Origin: Octopus sinensis
Taxonomy: Eukaryota
Assembly: GCF_006345805.1 (NCBI RefSeq)
Contig: NC_042997.1
Location: 104,780,001-104,844,000, forward strand
Direction of reading: 5' to 3'
DNA: 64,000 nt
Shown piece by piece: positions 26,901 through 41,118 of the stretch (positions within the stretch are counted from its first letter, which is position 1; every line of letters begins with the position of its first letter). Made by a program: the position numbers and the translations under genes. The notes under the pieces were generated by a model, which was not told the DNA's origin, searched no databases, and worked only from the letters and a program-made list of their open reading frames with translations.

Positions 26901-29099
26901 ATTGTAAGATACGCATGAATGTTAGTAACCGTGTTTAAAGTGTTCCTGATGTTAACGGAGGTGAACGCAGTAATAGCGAGTATTGCTGATATCATTATTG
27001 TTGTTGCAACCGTGTTAGTATTTATATCGCTTGTGTTAATTGTATCGTTTCGAGTATCACGCCACTTGAAGAATTTTGTGAGAAAATCAATTGCTAATTG
27101 ATTATTATCGATAATAATCGATGGCATTGTCTTTTTTTTCAGGTAGATGCCTATGTTGAGAGCGTATAAATAACTACTACCACACATGAAAGTACCACAC
27201 GTGATAGGTACTTAAGATAAGGTGTTTTAAAGGTAAGGCATTACTAAACACATAATTACAAACAGTAATCACACGGTTAATTAAATCAAATTCGTTCTGG
27301 TTATAGCAACAATAATTAGACGAAAGACAAGTATCCTCGTCAATAAGACACCCGTCTACTTGCAGTAAACTTTCAGGAAAGAAAAGTTGTATGCAAGGGA
27401 CAAAAAGCGCCCGCCATACTTACGGCGGTGTAGTTCTTCGTAACTCGCGTTCAAATGAAATAACAAAATAAAAGAAATAAAAGAAATAACAAAATAAAAA
27501 AAGGGGCACAATGGATAAAGTAGTCCGAGATACAGTAAAGTACGTTCATGTATAGAACAGGCTTAAAATAGGTTGCTAAATCAAATTCATCAACAAGAGC
27601 CAAAATGTGATCAACAGCAATTCAACAATATTTGGCGTACTTAGTTCTTATATCTTTCACTGAAGTATTTCGTTTTTTCTCGTACGGTTCCAGCAGTATA
27701 TCAATAGTTCTATAAGAAAATAAAATCGTGAGGTATATTTGCCACTTAAATGTGGTTAACCCTTAACGGTGGATACCCTTAAGAGTAAGCCACATTTAAG
27801 TGGCAAATATACTTCACGATGTCGTGCAGCTACTGTTTATACCTCGCTCAGAGATATATTTTTAAAAACTGTCTTAGCCTATTTCCAATGGGTCTCAGTT
27901 TCTGGAGAAAACCATAATGCTAGTAGTCTCGGACTCCCCCTCTATCCTCCTCCTAATCATCATCATCATCAGCTGCAGCAGCAGCGACAGCCACATCGCT
28001 CGAGGAAATGTTTTCTGGAACTCCTTATTGTAACATGCGAGAAATTTCTGAACTAGATATCCTCTAACCAAGTATTGCTATCGGAGTTTTGTTTTTACTT
28101 TTCTTTCTTTTATTATTTTGTTTTTACTCCGAGCCTGCATGAAATTTTCTACGCAGTCTGACTTCATAAAAGAACGGTTTCTTTCCATGATATCCCGGTC
28201 TCAGATCGAAATGAGTTATAACTCGTAGATTTACGTGAGAGCGCTTAAGGAACATAATTAGTAATTAGAATATCATAGACCAATACTTTTGCGTTGCTGC
28301 ATTAAGAACAATACTATTTTCAGTAGAACACTTGGATTTATTTTTGTTTCACTTTGTTCCAAGTTCAAATAGCACCAGAGGTCAAGTTTGACAGTGTAGC
28401 AACTTGGGCTTTTGTATTTATTTCACCACTGTTTTGAGTTGACAAATAACTCATGAGAGGAATTTAGCACATGGAAAATGTGAAGAAACAACCGCCCACG
28501 CACACACACACACACACGCACACATACACACCAACACTCATATATATATGTTCATATGTAGGAGTGCATAAGTTTGTGTATCCCGAATGGTGAAAGATGC
28601 ACAGTGCAAGATAACTACGTAAAAGGATGCTTTCGAGCGAAACCCTTGGCTGTGTTTGTCTGTATTTGTATTTATAACTGTCCTTAGTAACTCGTCGGTA
28701 GAAATGCATTGAAACAAACGACTGTCCCGTTGGAAACTTCTAATGAACGAAACTGTTAGATAACATTTACCACATAAATACATGATCAAAGATTAAAAAG
28801 TACTCAGTATATTTATTTCACTATAGCTTTCCTTGAAAATGTGTGGTCTTGCGCCAGTAGCAGAAACCAGTGTATAAGAGCAGTGTCTGTCTAAATCAGT
28901 AGAATGCTTGGCAAAGTGTCTGCTATAATTTATTTGTATCTTCCTACATTGTCTCGGGTTGAAACAGATTAACTTTACTAGCCTTAATAGTTCGGTAAAA
29001 TATAAAGTAGTTTAGTGCTGGCGTCGATTAAGATTACTTGATCTCCTTCCTAAGATATTTCAGGCGTCCCTGTGCCTACGATAGGACTCATCATACGCG

Positions 29100-29267
29100 T
29101 GTTAGTTAGTGGGTGAGTGAGTGTTCGGTTCTCCCAAACCACACAGATCTGGGTTCAGTCCCACGACGTGACACCTTAGGCAAGTGTTTTCTATTATAGT
29201 TTCGGGCCAACCAAAGATCTGTGAGTGGATTTCGTTGAGGAAAACTGAAAACTGAAAGAGGTCCGTC

Positions 29268-29350
<83 letters not shown>

Positions 29351-29790
29351 CATACATACATACATACGTACGTACACACATACATACATACATACATACA
29401 TACATACATACATACATACATTCGTACATACATACATACATACATACATACGTACGTACGTACATACATACATACATACATACATACGTACATACATACA
29501 TACATACATACATACATACATACATACATACGTACATACATACATACGTACATACATATATGTGTGTGTGTGTCATTGTGCCTGTGTTTGTTCCCACACT
29601 ATCGTTTGAATAATCGATGTTGGTGTGTTTACGTCCCCGTAAGTTAGTAATTCGGCAAATGAAACCAAATGATTAAGTACTAGGCTCACAAACAATAAGG
29701 CCTGGGGTCGATTTCTTCGACTAAAATAACGTTTAAGGTGATGCTCCAATATGGCCGCAGTCAAATGACTGAAACGAGTAAATAAATAAA
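29100..29790 (+). mobile_element. SINE family A copy with a greatly expanded internal microsatellite
   Basis: Degenerate head and tail around about 310 bp of (TA)n/(TACA)n at 29268-29575, the position of the normally short linker. Confidence 0.7.
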
Positions 29791-29813
29791 GTGAATAAAA
29801 GTATACATATGTA

Positions 29814-31058
29814 TTAGGTCGGCAAGCATGAAATTTGTGGAAATGAAAAAAAGTTTTCTAATGTTTTATAAATACAAGAAATAGTTTTATTCATCACCCA
29901 TTTCAGCGGTAGCTTGTCCAGTCAGGAACTGTAAAAGCTTCGCAATTCAGAGTCAAAAAACATCTTGGAAGGTCTGTTTTACAGCATCGTCAGAATTACA
30001 TTTTTTTCCTATCAAAAACTTACCCAAATTCTGGATGAACTGGTAGTCAGTGGAGGTAAGATCAGATGACTATGGTGGATGATGGAGAACTTCCAACTCC
30101 AATTCCTGTGGTTTCGCCAATGTCATTTTTGCGATGTTTGGTCTGGCGTTAGCTTGTAATAAAATAGGAGTGACTCTGTTGACTAATCTAATTTTGTAAG
30201 CTTCTGCATCATTTGGTCCAGTCGACTGCCGTATACTTCGGCCGTGATTGATGAACCGGGTTTAATGAAATCATAATGGATCACACCTACACCAGACCAC
30301 CAAACACACACCATTAGTTTCTTTTGATGAATTTTGATGAATTTTGCTTTTTAGGCTGTGTTTTGGTGGCACGTCTTTGTCTAACGATTGTGCTGAACGT
30401 TTACGGTTGTTTTGTTGGATCCATTTCTCATTACATGAGATTGAAAAATTATTCATTTTTGTGACAAGAAAGTAGCATAATGCAGGCTTCCAAACGTTGC
30501 TGTTTCTGATTTTCATTTAGTTTATGTGGAACCCACTTATCCAACTTATTCCCTTTACCGATTTGAAATAGGCGAGTTTATATTGTTTGCTTGCTAACAC
30601 CAAATAACAACTATAATTCACGGGCACTTTGAGATGGATCTGAATCGACGGTGGCTTTCAGTTCTTCACTATCCACCTTAGTTTCTGGTTGGCTGTTGCT
30701 CATTTGTGAGGTGAAAGTTACCAGAACGAAATTTTGCAAACCAATTTCATGCTGTCTGCTGTGTAATAGCATTAGAGTGAAATCTCCATTGATATCCCGA
30801 GCTATGTGTGATGCTGTATTTCCAAGAAAGAACTCATATTTCAAAACTGTACGAATTTCCGACTTAGCCATCTCTAAACAAAAATAGTAAAAAACGATTT
30901 ATAAATACTTTATAAAGCGCAAAATGAGTTAGAATTAAAAAGTAAATGTATCAGTAATCTAACAAAGAGCAAAGATTGTCAAAATATAATAATGGAGCAA
31001 AATGAGCAGCTGTCAAAATTTACCATATACCTTACTACAAATTTCATACTTGACGACG

Positions 31059-31060
<2 letters not shown>
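29814..31060 (-). mobile_element. Full-length but inactivated mariner element (about 1.25 kb)
   Basis: Imperfect TIRs: left ttaggtcggcaagcatgaaatttgt versus right-end reverse complement tcgtcgtcaagtatgaaatttgt, both TA-flanked. Minus-strand peptides MAKSEIRTVLKYEF...VDSEELKATVDSDPSQSAREL and CNEKWIQQNNRKRSAQ...; frameshifted. Confidence 0.85.
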
Positions 31061-31135
<75 letters not shown>

Positions 31136-31141
<6 letters not shown>

Positions 31142-31250
31142 CATGTGACCGACCAGACCATCAGATGTTGCTACACATCGCTGGTCACAATGCGTTCGCA
31201 TTGTTTTAGCCTTCCAATGACGCCACCCCGCTGGCTAAGCAAGCAGGCCA

Positions 31251-31251
<1 letters not shown>
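31136..31251 (-). mobile_element. SINE family B, 3' fragment
   Basis: Matches the tail portion of 12746-13050; lies inside (TA)n. Confidence 0.8.
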
Positions 31252-31322
<71 letters not shown>

Positions 31323-31326
<4 letters not shown>

Positions 31327-31761
31327 TAAGCAATAAAGGGTTTAGCAACGAATTGCCTTACCACATACCGAATTTAGAAATAGCAGTCAAAGAGTTATAG
31401 CTATTTCTTCTACTAAAAAGGGAGATCTCAGTAAAAGCAGCAATTGGAAGGCAGACACAAACAGGTAAGAGAGAATGAATTGACGGCAATCTATCATACA
31501 ATTTTAAGTTATCTACGGACGTACGTTTCGAAATCAAGTTCGAAACTTGATTTCGAAACGTACGTCCGTAGATAACTTAAAATTGTATGATAGATTGCCG
31601 TCAATTCATTCTCTCTTACCTGTTTGTGTCTGCCTTCCAATTGCTGTTTTTACTGAGATCTCCCTTTTTAGTAGAAGAAATAGCTATAACTCTTTGACTG
31701 CTATTTCTAAATTCGGTATGTGGTAAGGCAATTCGTTGCTAAACCCTTTATTGCTTAGTAT
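31323..31761. repeat. Near-perfect palindrome: 218-bp arms, 3-nt spacer, PLE pseudo-LTR-like
   Basis: 31323-31540 versus 31544-31761, one mismatch, spacer cga. The right arm reads GAAAC-GTAC-GTC from 31555. Confidence 0.9.
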
Positions 31762-31864
31762 TACTTAAATTCTCCTCGAATGAGGCTTTTACATGCCGAA
31801 GACTACTTGGTGTAATTGATAATTATTCCAAATTAATTAATTTCACCCTTCATTATTACGGATA

Positions 31865-31961
<97 letters not shown>

Positions 31962-33542
31962 GTATACATACATACACACACACATATACATATATATATA
32001 TATATAGTAAGGAAAATTAAACGAAGAACAAACACAAGAAAAAAAAAACAGTAACGCGAGGACGTGGTACATGTAAAGTATTAGCAGACGCTCAGGAAAG
32101 GAAAGATTATCGTGTAATTTTTGTATGTAGTTTTAGGAAATAACCTTTCGTGTATCTAATGCACGTTATCTATTCAACATTTTGCTACATATGAACGCGA
32201 ACTCATATGTTGAACGCAAACTCATCTGTGTAATGTTATATAAATTGATTATTTTATTCTGGTTAGTTTGTTATATATTTCCAAAACCTGTAGACAAGAA
32301 AACCGAGATAGTATTTTGATGTTTTATAACATGATATATATTTTGTTATTTGCATTACAGAGACAGCGTTATACAGAATACCAATTTTACTAAGTTGACA
32401 TATAAGTTTCATCACGTGTGGACAAATGAATAACCGAGACTTTAGTATGTCTGACTAATTATATATCAGTATCAACTTACCAATGTTTTAGTCCTAAATT
32501 TAGTCCAAATTTTGTCGAGTTCCCATTTCAACATTTCAGACAAGGATCGATGACAGAAAAGCAGTCATGTTCTAATGTAGAATGGTCCCTTATTCTATCC
32601 TTATATCAAATTGCCGCTCATATCATTGTAAAGAAGCATTACATGTACTGTAAAGAGTTCTGTTCTATAACTGGTATGTTGTATGTTTTATATTAAACGT
32701 TGAACTCACATTCCTCGCTGAACTGCAAATGTTAGTTATCAATGAGGTGAATTTGATATTTCTATTTGTAACGTATATTCTATCAACATGTGTTTTAGAG
32801 CCTTTAACAACCCATCAAATAGTTCTCAGAAAGCAGGTAAGATCATTATCAATGTTTATTTATTCTACTCTCACTTATGCGGAAAAAAAGACTTGGTAAC
32901 TATGTATGTCGAAATTATTTCATAAGTCATGAAAGATCAAATGTTCTTTCGGGGAAGTAATCTTTCTCAAAAGTCCACATGAAGTATCATTGATTGAATC
33001 CAGCAGAGATCATGTTTGTTTACACTGACTAAATTCGAGGAAGTATTATTACAATAAACCCATACCGGAAGTCTTGCTTAAATACTCATCTAATTTCAAT
33101 AGTAGTTAGATAGTTTGCAATTTTTTTCCAGGCTGGGATTATATTTCTAAAATGTATACCCTTCTGGGGTTTGTTAACGCTTTCACAAGAGCAGACATTT
33201 ATTTATATATTTGTTCTGTATTTCTGTCAGTTTATTTCGCTTACCCTAAAAGAAGGAAAAAGAACAGACCTATAAATATAAATATTAGCTCTTTTTTACA
33301 ATTTAAACCAAAATAATCTTTCTTCAAATTAGGCTTAATTGCTTACTTTGACTTCTCATACAAGAACGTCTAAAATTACATTTAATATGCAGTCTGCTTC
33401 TCTTTAGTGGTTTAGTGTTAAAAAGGTAAACACTGCTGATATTGAGTAATCGCATCTGGTGGCGAGCTGGCATAATTGATAGTGCACCGGACAAAATATT
33501 TAGCAGCATTTCTTCCGGCACTTTATTTTCTGAAATGAAATT

Positions 33543-33929
33543 CCTATTTCTTTATTGCCCACAAGGGGCTAAACATAGAGGGGACAAACAAGGACAGACA
33601 AAGGGATTAAGTCGATTACATCGACCCCAGTGCGTAACTGGTACTTAATTTATCGACCCCGAAAGGAGGAAAGGCAAAGTCAACCTCGGCAAAATTTGAA
33701 CTCACAACGTAACGGCAGACGAAATACCTATTTCTTTACTACCCACAAGGGGCTAAACACAGAGGGGACAAACAAGGACAGACAAACGGATTAAGTCGGT
33801 TATATCGACCTCGAAAGGATGAAAGACAAAGTCGACCTCGGCGGAATTAGAACTCAGAACGTAACGGCAGACGAAATACGGCTACGCATTTCGCCCGGCG
33901 TGCTAACATTTCTGCCAGCTCGCCGCCTT
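33543..33929 (-). mobile_element. SINE family C, partial head-to-tail dimer
   Basis: Two tails (ctatttcttta..cccacaaggggctaaaca) at 33543 and about 33728, one head ending at 33929. Confidence 0.85.
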
Positions 33930-34100
33930 AAGCTCGCCTGAAATGAAATTCTGCCGAGGTAAACTTCGGCTTTAATCCTTTCGGGTCTGATAAAATAAGT
34001 GGCAATCAAGTACTGCGCTCGATGCAATGAACCCATACCGGAAGTCTTGCTTAAATACTCATCTAATTTTCCCACTCAAAATTACTGGCCTTGTACCTAA

Positions 34101-34166
<66 letters not shown>

Positions 34167-35328
34167 TCAGACCACGAGCTGGCAAAATCCTTAGCGATAT
34201 TTTGCCTGTCTATGCGTTCTGAGTTCAAATAGTGCCTTTCATCCTTTTGGGTCGATAAATTAAGTGCCAGTGAAACACTGGTGTCGATATAATCGACAAG
34301 TCCCCTTCCCAAAAATTTCAGGCCTTGTGCCTATCATATAAAAGGATTATTATTATTGTTATTTTTATTTTTATTATTGGAACATAGTACTTATTTGTAT
34401 CCTACTATTACTCCCAATTCTAGTGTACAGACGTTTGTACATACTTTGTGGTGTGCGTATTTATTTACCCTCATCTGCGAATGTAAGTATTTTTATTGTA
34501 ATGGTAGCGTCCATTTTACTCCTTGTACTAAATCACCGAGTGTGAAATAGCTCATGGTGTATGACTTAAGATCCGCTACAGGCATTTATTTAAAACGCCG
34601 AGGGGGAACAACAAGCCTCAGATTTCCTAGGTTTCAGGAAAAGATTATGAGAACATCTGGGAACCATAACTTGTCCAATACGGAATCTTCGTTTCCTGTT
34701 TAAAGCTAGTGTAGCCGAAAAATAAACATTGGTCCAATGAAACTATGATGTTTGAAAAAAGATTAACTGAACTAGTGTTTTACAAATATTGTGTACTTTG
34801 CGGATTGGTAGGTGCTCTGGTGTAGTGGTTAAGAAATTCAGTTCCTAATGGAGTGGTTATAAGTTCGATCTGACTGTAGGAACTTAAAACTCATGATTTC
34901 TATCATAACCACGCATTGACTCAAGATGACCTTCGAATGCAATATGCTTGCCGTGGAGGCCAGAATCTATTTGGTTTCAGCGTGTTTAAAGTCGGAAGAC
35001 TTTAACCACATCGTTCTACACTTTAGGCTGCACTAGTAGTTGCAACTGCCACTGAAGAAAGAAAGAAGAACGTCTTAGAAGATTGAAAACAACGACGTAC
35101 AAGAGAAAGGTAAAATGGCGGACAGGTACATACAATAAGGTTCAGCAGAAAAAGGCCATAGCTTTTTGACAGGATCAAGAAACAATGATCTCACGGGAAG
35201 AATACTAATCTGGTGGAAAACTAGTCTGATCGTAATACGCATAAGAAACAAAGGAAAGAATGTAAGAACGTATGACTCGGAGATGTTTGTAATAAGAAAT
35301 AAAGAAAAGGTATGTTGGAATTAACTCA

Positions 35329-35383
<55 letters not shown>

Positions 35384-35529
35384 ATGAATGTGTGTGTGTG
35401 TGTGTGTGTGTGTTCAAGGTGCAGTGAATATATTGACTGAATTACACAAAAATGAAAATAATACTGACATCTCATTTTAACAGATATATTTACCAAAATT
35501 ACATAAACATATCCTGAAATGCTAAAGAG

Positions 35530-36215
35530 TCGATATAGTTCATATGATGAGCTCCTGGATCTTAAGAACTTTCAGGTCCAGAGAACAAGGTGTCATCATT
35601 CCACTCTTCTTCTCCTTTGTACGGCCACACCTCGAATACTGCTGCCCCTTGTAGTCTCCCCATACAAAACAAAACATCTCGAGGATTGATTCACCCCAGA
35701 TGGCATTCACTAAACAAATCGAATGTACGACTTATCTCGATTACTGGGACTGCCTTAAAGCTTTGAAAATCTACTCTCTCCAGCACTGCCGCGAGTGATA
35801 CAACATTTCTACGATGTGGAGGATATACCGCCAGCATTGCCCAAACGACCTGAACATTAGTTTCATGGTTCATCCAGGGCTGGGACCACGAGCCATACGT
35901 CCCCTGCCCAATTCAGGATCACAACATATAGGTACACTGCGACATAATTTCTTTTCCTCAACAGGCCCTGCCCTGTTTAACATTGTCCCAAAACTGATTA
36001 AACAGGAAAAGGATCCCATCTCCTTTAAACGGAGTCTGAACAGATTTCTTCAAGGAATACCAGATAAGCCACCCATACCTGGATACAACTCACTCAACAG
36101 GAACTCACTACTTGAATGGACCATAAACAAAACTTGAATTAAAAAGGATTTAGATAATCCTATCAGGTGGTACTATTAAGTTAGACATGGCCTGGACCAA
36201 TCTTTGATCGAAACA
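35530..36215 (+). mobile_element. CR1/L2-clade LINE 3' fragment
   Basis: SWILRTFRSR...FVRPHLEYCCPL.SPH...LKIYSLQ...TGPALFNIVPKLIK...FKRSLNRFLQGIPDKP (ORF 35814-36137 is the C-terminus). Stops present. Confidence 0.85.
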
Positions 36216-38216
36216 TATCTAAAGCCTGCAGTAGTCGTCGTATCTATATGGTTTTCCTGGACCCTTAACTCCTTATGCATTAGGAATTTTGTCGATATGT
36301 CCAACTCCTGCATAGCAAAAGCCTATCATTCAAAGTGAAAAATATTATCCCGCTTGTTCATGCAGGAAAGACATTTGTCGATGATGCTGTCATGTTGAAG
36401 CCTAGTGGGAATAAAACCATGCATATTTCCTTGGGTTTGTATGCAGGCTCTATTCTGATAATCTTTAGCTGTAATCTTGTGCAATTTATCTTGAAGTATA
36501 TCTTTGATCATCATTCAGGGAAAACTTAGTGAAAAGATCTTTTCCAAGTAATGTTATATTTCAAGAGGGTCATTTTATTTTCTTGCCGAGTAAACACACG
36601 CACTGATTGTTCTTATTTTATAGTCTTTGTCCGGAAATCTCCTGTTCTGTGTCTCCTGTTCAGTTTAGTCCAATCTATTTTTAGAGAAATAGGCTGTACA
36701 GAATAGGAGGAAATACGTGGGATGGAGGGTCGCTGAAGAGATCGCAGGATGTGTGGTGAAAGATTTCTATACAAAGGATAAAACCAATAATAAATTATGA
36801 AGTGAAGAAGGAATATAGTGCGTGAGTTTGTTTGGAAATCATAAAATGACCATCCCGAAATATACTATCTGTTTCAACACATGATTTTACATCAGGAATC
36901 CTGCAAATCAAATACATAGACGTATCCTTTTTTAATTCTTTTAATAATATCGACTTCATGCATGCAGACGTCATTCGTGGCACGTGTTCGATACTTCATG
37001 GTCACTAGCTGATGCCGAAAGCGAAAAATATAATATATAAGGCTGTTTGTATCCACAATAAGTTTCTACAGCCTCGACTTTCTAAAGAAAGGTATTTTAA
37101 AGGCACTTGAAATCTTTTAAAGGCAGTTAACATCGATATTGATCTGAAAATTCTTGAAGGCGAGTTAATAATTTGTGGGGTTCAACTTCGAAAGCATGGA
37201 TTTCATTTTGTGTCCAATCAAATAGGCCAAATGTTGGCATAAGAATCGACACAGCAAACGCATGATAGGGTATGGAATTATTGCATGTATATGTATGTAG
37301 CTAGTTATCTAAGTATATATGCAGAATCTTCTGAGCACACATCAGATTGATTGTCAGTTGGACGCAAAGTGCCTCGTATTCTTCTCCCATGTGATGGCTT
37401 TGGTCATCGTCGTCAAAGACGGACGAGCTAACATAAACGTATGTGAGCCTTTGTATGTATGGTGTCTATGTATGTGTGTTTGTGTGCTTTTGCGTGTATT
37501 TGATATTATAGAAATAAAAGGACGTGTACGAGGTGCAATTCTTGTATAATATTAAATACATATCCGTGTTTCGAAGAGAGAGATGAAATATGTATTGAAA
37601 GGAAAGATATCAGGTGTCATGCGTATGTGGTTAATATAAAAATTATGAAACAAAAAAGAAAAAGAAAAACTAATTGATAATGCTAAAGGATAAATTTGTG
37701 AAAATAATAAATGGAAAAGTAGAAAAATTAATTAATCAATTTTCTTCGTATTTAAATTTGTTTTTATTCGCGTTACCTCTTTTGCTTTCTTAATATTCAC
37801 AAATTTTATTTTTCTGGAAACAAATAAAAATATAGAAGAATTTAATTCAGAGAAATAATAGAATGGTAGTTAATATGTATTAGCCTCAAACTCTTTCTAT
37901 ATATCTTAAATATCATAAAAAATAATTATAGTCTATACTCAAATTTACTTTAAAAGTAAACATACCACGTATACACACTGAAATACAAACAACTACTTTC
38001 AATTAATTTTGTAGTTGTGTGTGTATGTGTGTGGTGGGAGCGACTGTGTACGTTTGAAAAATAACAATATATGTTTGTATACAGTTTTATATATATATGT
38101 ATGTATGTATATATATATATGCATACATTTATACGTATATATATAAATGTATCCATATATATATACATATATATATGTATATACATGTATAAATATATAT
38201 ATATATGTGTGTATAT

Positions 38217-38272
<56 letters not shown>

Positions 38273-38332
38273 ATATATACATGGATATATATGTATATAC
38301 ATGTATAAATATATATATATATATGTGTATAT

Positions 38333-38400
<68 letters not shown>

Positions 38401-38412
38401 ATATATACATGG

Positions 38413-38461
<49 letters not shown>

Positions 38462-38631
38462 GTGTGTGTGTGTGTGTTGTGTGGTTGTGCAACTGCATAA
38501 GTCTTTTGGTCTCTCACTCTCTTGCTTTATCTAGTTATCAATCAATCTAGATGTGTGTGTGTGTGTGTGTGTTAATTTCTCATTCCTCTCCCTCTCTCCC
38601 TCTCTTCGTGTATATATATATATATGTATAT

Positions 38632-38670
<39 letters not shown>

Positions 38671-39308
38671 CATATGTATGTATGTATGTATGCATGTATG
38701 TATGTATGTATGTATGCATGTATGTATGTATGTATGCATGTATGTATGTACGTTTGTATGTATGTATATGTATATGTATATATTTTTCGTCTGAGATTTT
38801 CTGTGGCTGAAAGAGAGAGAAATAAATGGAGAGAAAAGCAAGAGATTAAATATACATTTTTGCGCATCTGTTTTATCGTGGCGTATATATTCGAGTGTGT
38901 ATGTATGTGTGTGTGTGTCTGTATGTGTGTGTGCGTGTGTGTGTTTTTCTATTATTACTGTATTAGGATACAGAAAGTATGAGATGCCTAGTTTCAGGCG
39001 ATCGGGTTAATGGGAGGAAATATCGGCGTTAATTTATTACATCTCCGAAAGAATACATACATACATACATACATACATACATACATACATACATACATAC
39101 ATACATACATACATACATACATTCATACATACATACATACATACATACATACATACATGCATACATTACATACATTACATAATACATACATACATACATA
39201 CATACATACATACATACATTCATACAAACATACATACATACATACATACATTCATACATACATACATACATACATACACTACATACATACATTACATACA
39301 TACATACA

Positions 39309-39367
<59 letters not shown>

Positions 39368-40713
39368 CATAAACACTCGAGCACAGACACAGATACACAT
39401 ATGCCCATATATACGCTCACACACGTATGTATGTATGTATGTATGTATGTATGTACGTATATTTATAAGAATCAGAAATGTTTCAAGGTGTTATTTAATT
39501 TTAAAATTTTGACATATATGTTATGAGATACAATTCAAATGTACTCACCTAAATGATGGCTTTCTATAGAAAGATATCTATAGAAAGATATGTATCCCCA
39601 AAGTGGATGATATCGCCCATCGGTGGGCGATTTCAACTCACAGGTGGGCTGTTGAGCAAATTCCTAGAAAATGATGAGTGATTTGAGATTTTGGTGGGCG
39701 ATATGAACATTTTGTGGGTGACAATGAATTTTTAGAAATTAAGCTGCATTTACTGACATCTAGGCATGACTAGAATAAGGATGCACTCTTATCTTGCAGA
39801 ACATCGGAAGTAGTAATTAACCGAACGAGGTGTAGTCCGCTAGCTATTCATCGAGCCCAAGATGCCTTAATCAAGAGAAATATATGTAGGCTGGATTTTA
39901 TCCATTCCACTCCCAAACTGTGGTGCTCTATTCGCATGCACATCAACCCCTGCTGCTAACTGTAAGCTATAGAGTATTATTTTCTTTACGGTTTATCGAA
40001 CTGATAACTTGATACGGGAAAAACTTACATTCTACGTCAATGAACCCCCTTTCTTCCTGAAGGTTGTTTTTTATACCTTCTACGGACTATTCGCAACTTA
40101 CTATCTTCTTCTATCTTGATCCTTGGATGTCACATTTACTTACTTACTGTATATATATATATATATATGCACACTCACACACACATTCACATATATTCAT
40201 ACAACTGCTTTGATGTACATGCACAGCGCATTCTTGTTTGTAGTTTGGTTATAAAGTATTGCATATGAAAATAAGACATTGATATCTCTCTCTATTACGT
40301 GCAGTTTGGGCCAAAATCTTTGGAAGTATTCTGCAGTATGTTATAGCGTTGCAACAAAACACTGTCAAAACGTTTAATCCTCGAACTGTCTGTCACGGAA
40401 ATTGTGTTATAAATAGGACACGATTGTATCCGAATTTCTTAAGTCCTTTCTAATGGCTACTTTATTAACAGAATCTCTGAACAGACTGAAGGAAGGTACT
40501 CGGTCTTTGAAGGAAGAATACTTGTATCAACAAAGATATTGCATAATAAGATAATGTTTTCTCTTAATATTTCTGTATCACATACCGTGTTGGCTAAAAT
40601 CTCTATGTATATTTTGTAGCACCATATCATGTCTTGGGAGATTCATTGAAGTGCACTCTGTGGTGATACTCCAGCTCAGAAGTCCCAAAGTTGGGGAAAG
40701 GTGGAATTATTTG

Positions 40714-41118
40714 CGGCTGTGTGGTAAGTAGCTTGCTTACGAACCACATGGTTCCGGATTCAGCCCCACGGTGTGGCACCTTGGTCATGTGTCTTCTACT
40801 ATAGCCTCGAGCCGACCAAAGCCTTGTGAGTGGATTTGGTAGACGGAAACTGAAAGAAGCCCGTTGTATATATGTATATACATGTATGTGTGTGTATATG
40901 TTTGTGTGTCTGTGTTTGTCACCCCAACATCGCTTGACAACCGATGCTGGTGTGTTTTCGTCCCCGTAACTTAGCGGTTCGGCAAAAGACACCGATAGAA
41001 TAAGTACTAGGCTTACAAAGAATAAGTCCTGGGGTCGATTTGCTCGACTAAAGGCGGTGTTCCAGCATAGCCACAGTGAAATGACTGAAACAAGTAAAAA
41101 AAAAGTAAAAAAAAGAGT
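40714..41118 (+). mobile_element. SINE family A, near full length
   Basis: Colinear with 15571-15978. Confidence 0.9.

Noticed and set aside
27416-27460. atacttac as a U1 snRNA 5' end
   Set aside because: The match is only 8 nt; the following sequence does not resemble U1 stem-loops or an Sm site.
36200-36560. Possible second, inverted CR1 RT fragment (HGFIPTR, LMHKELR)
   Set aside because: Similarity is too weak to call without an alignment.
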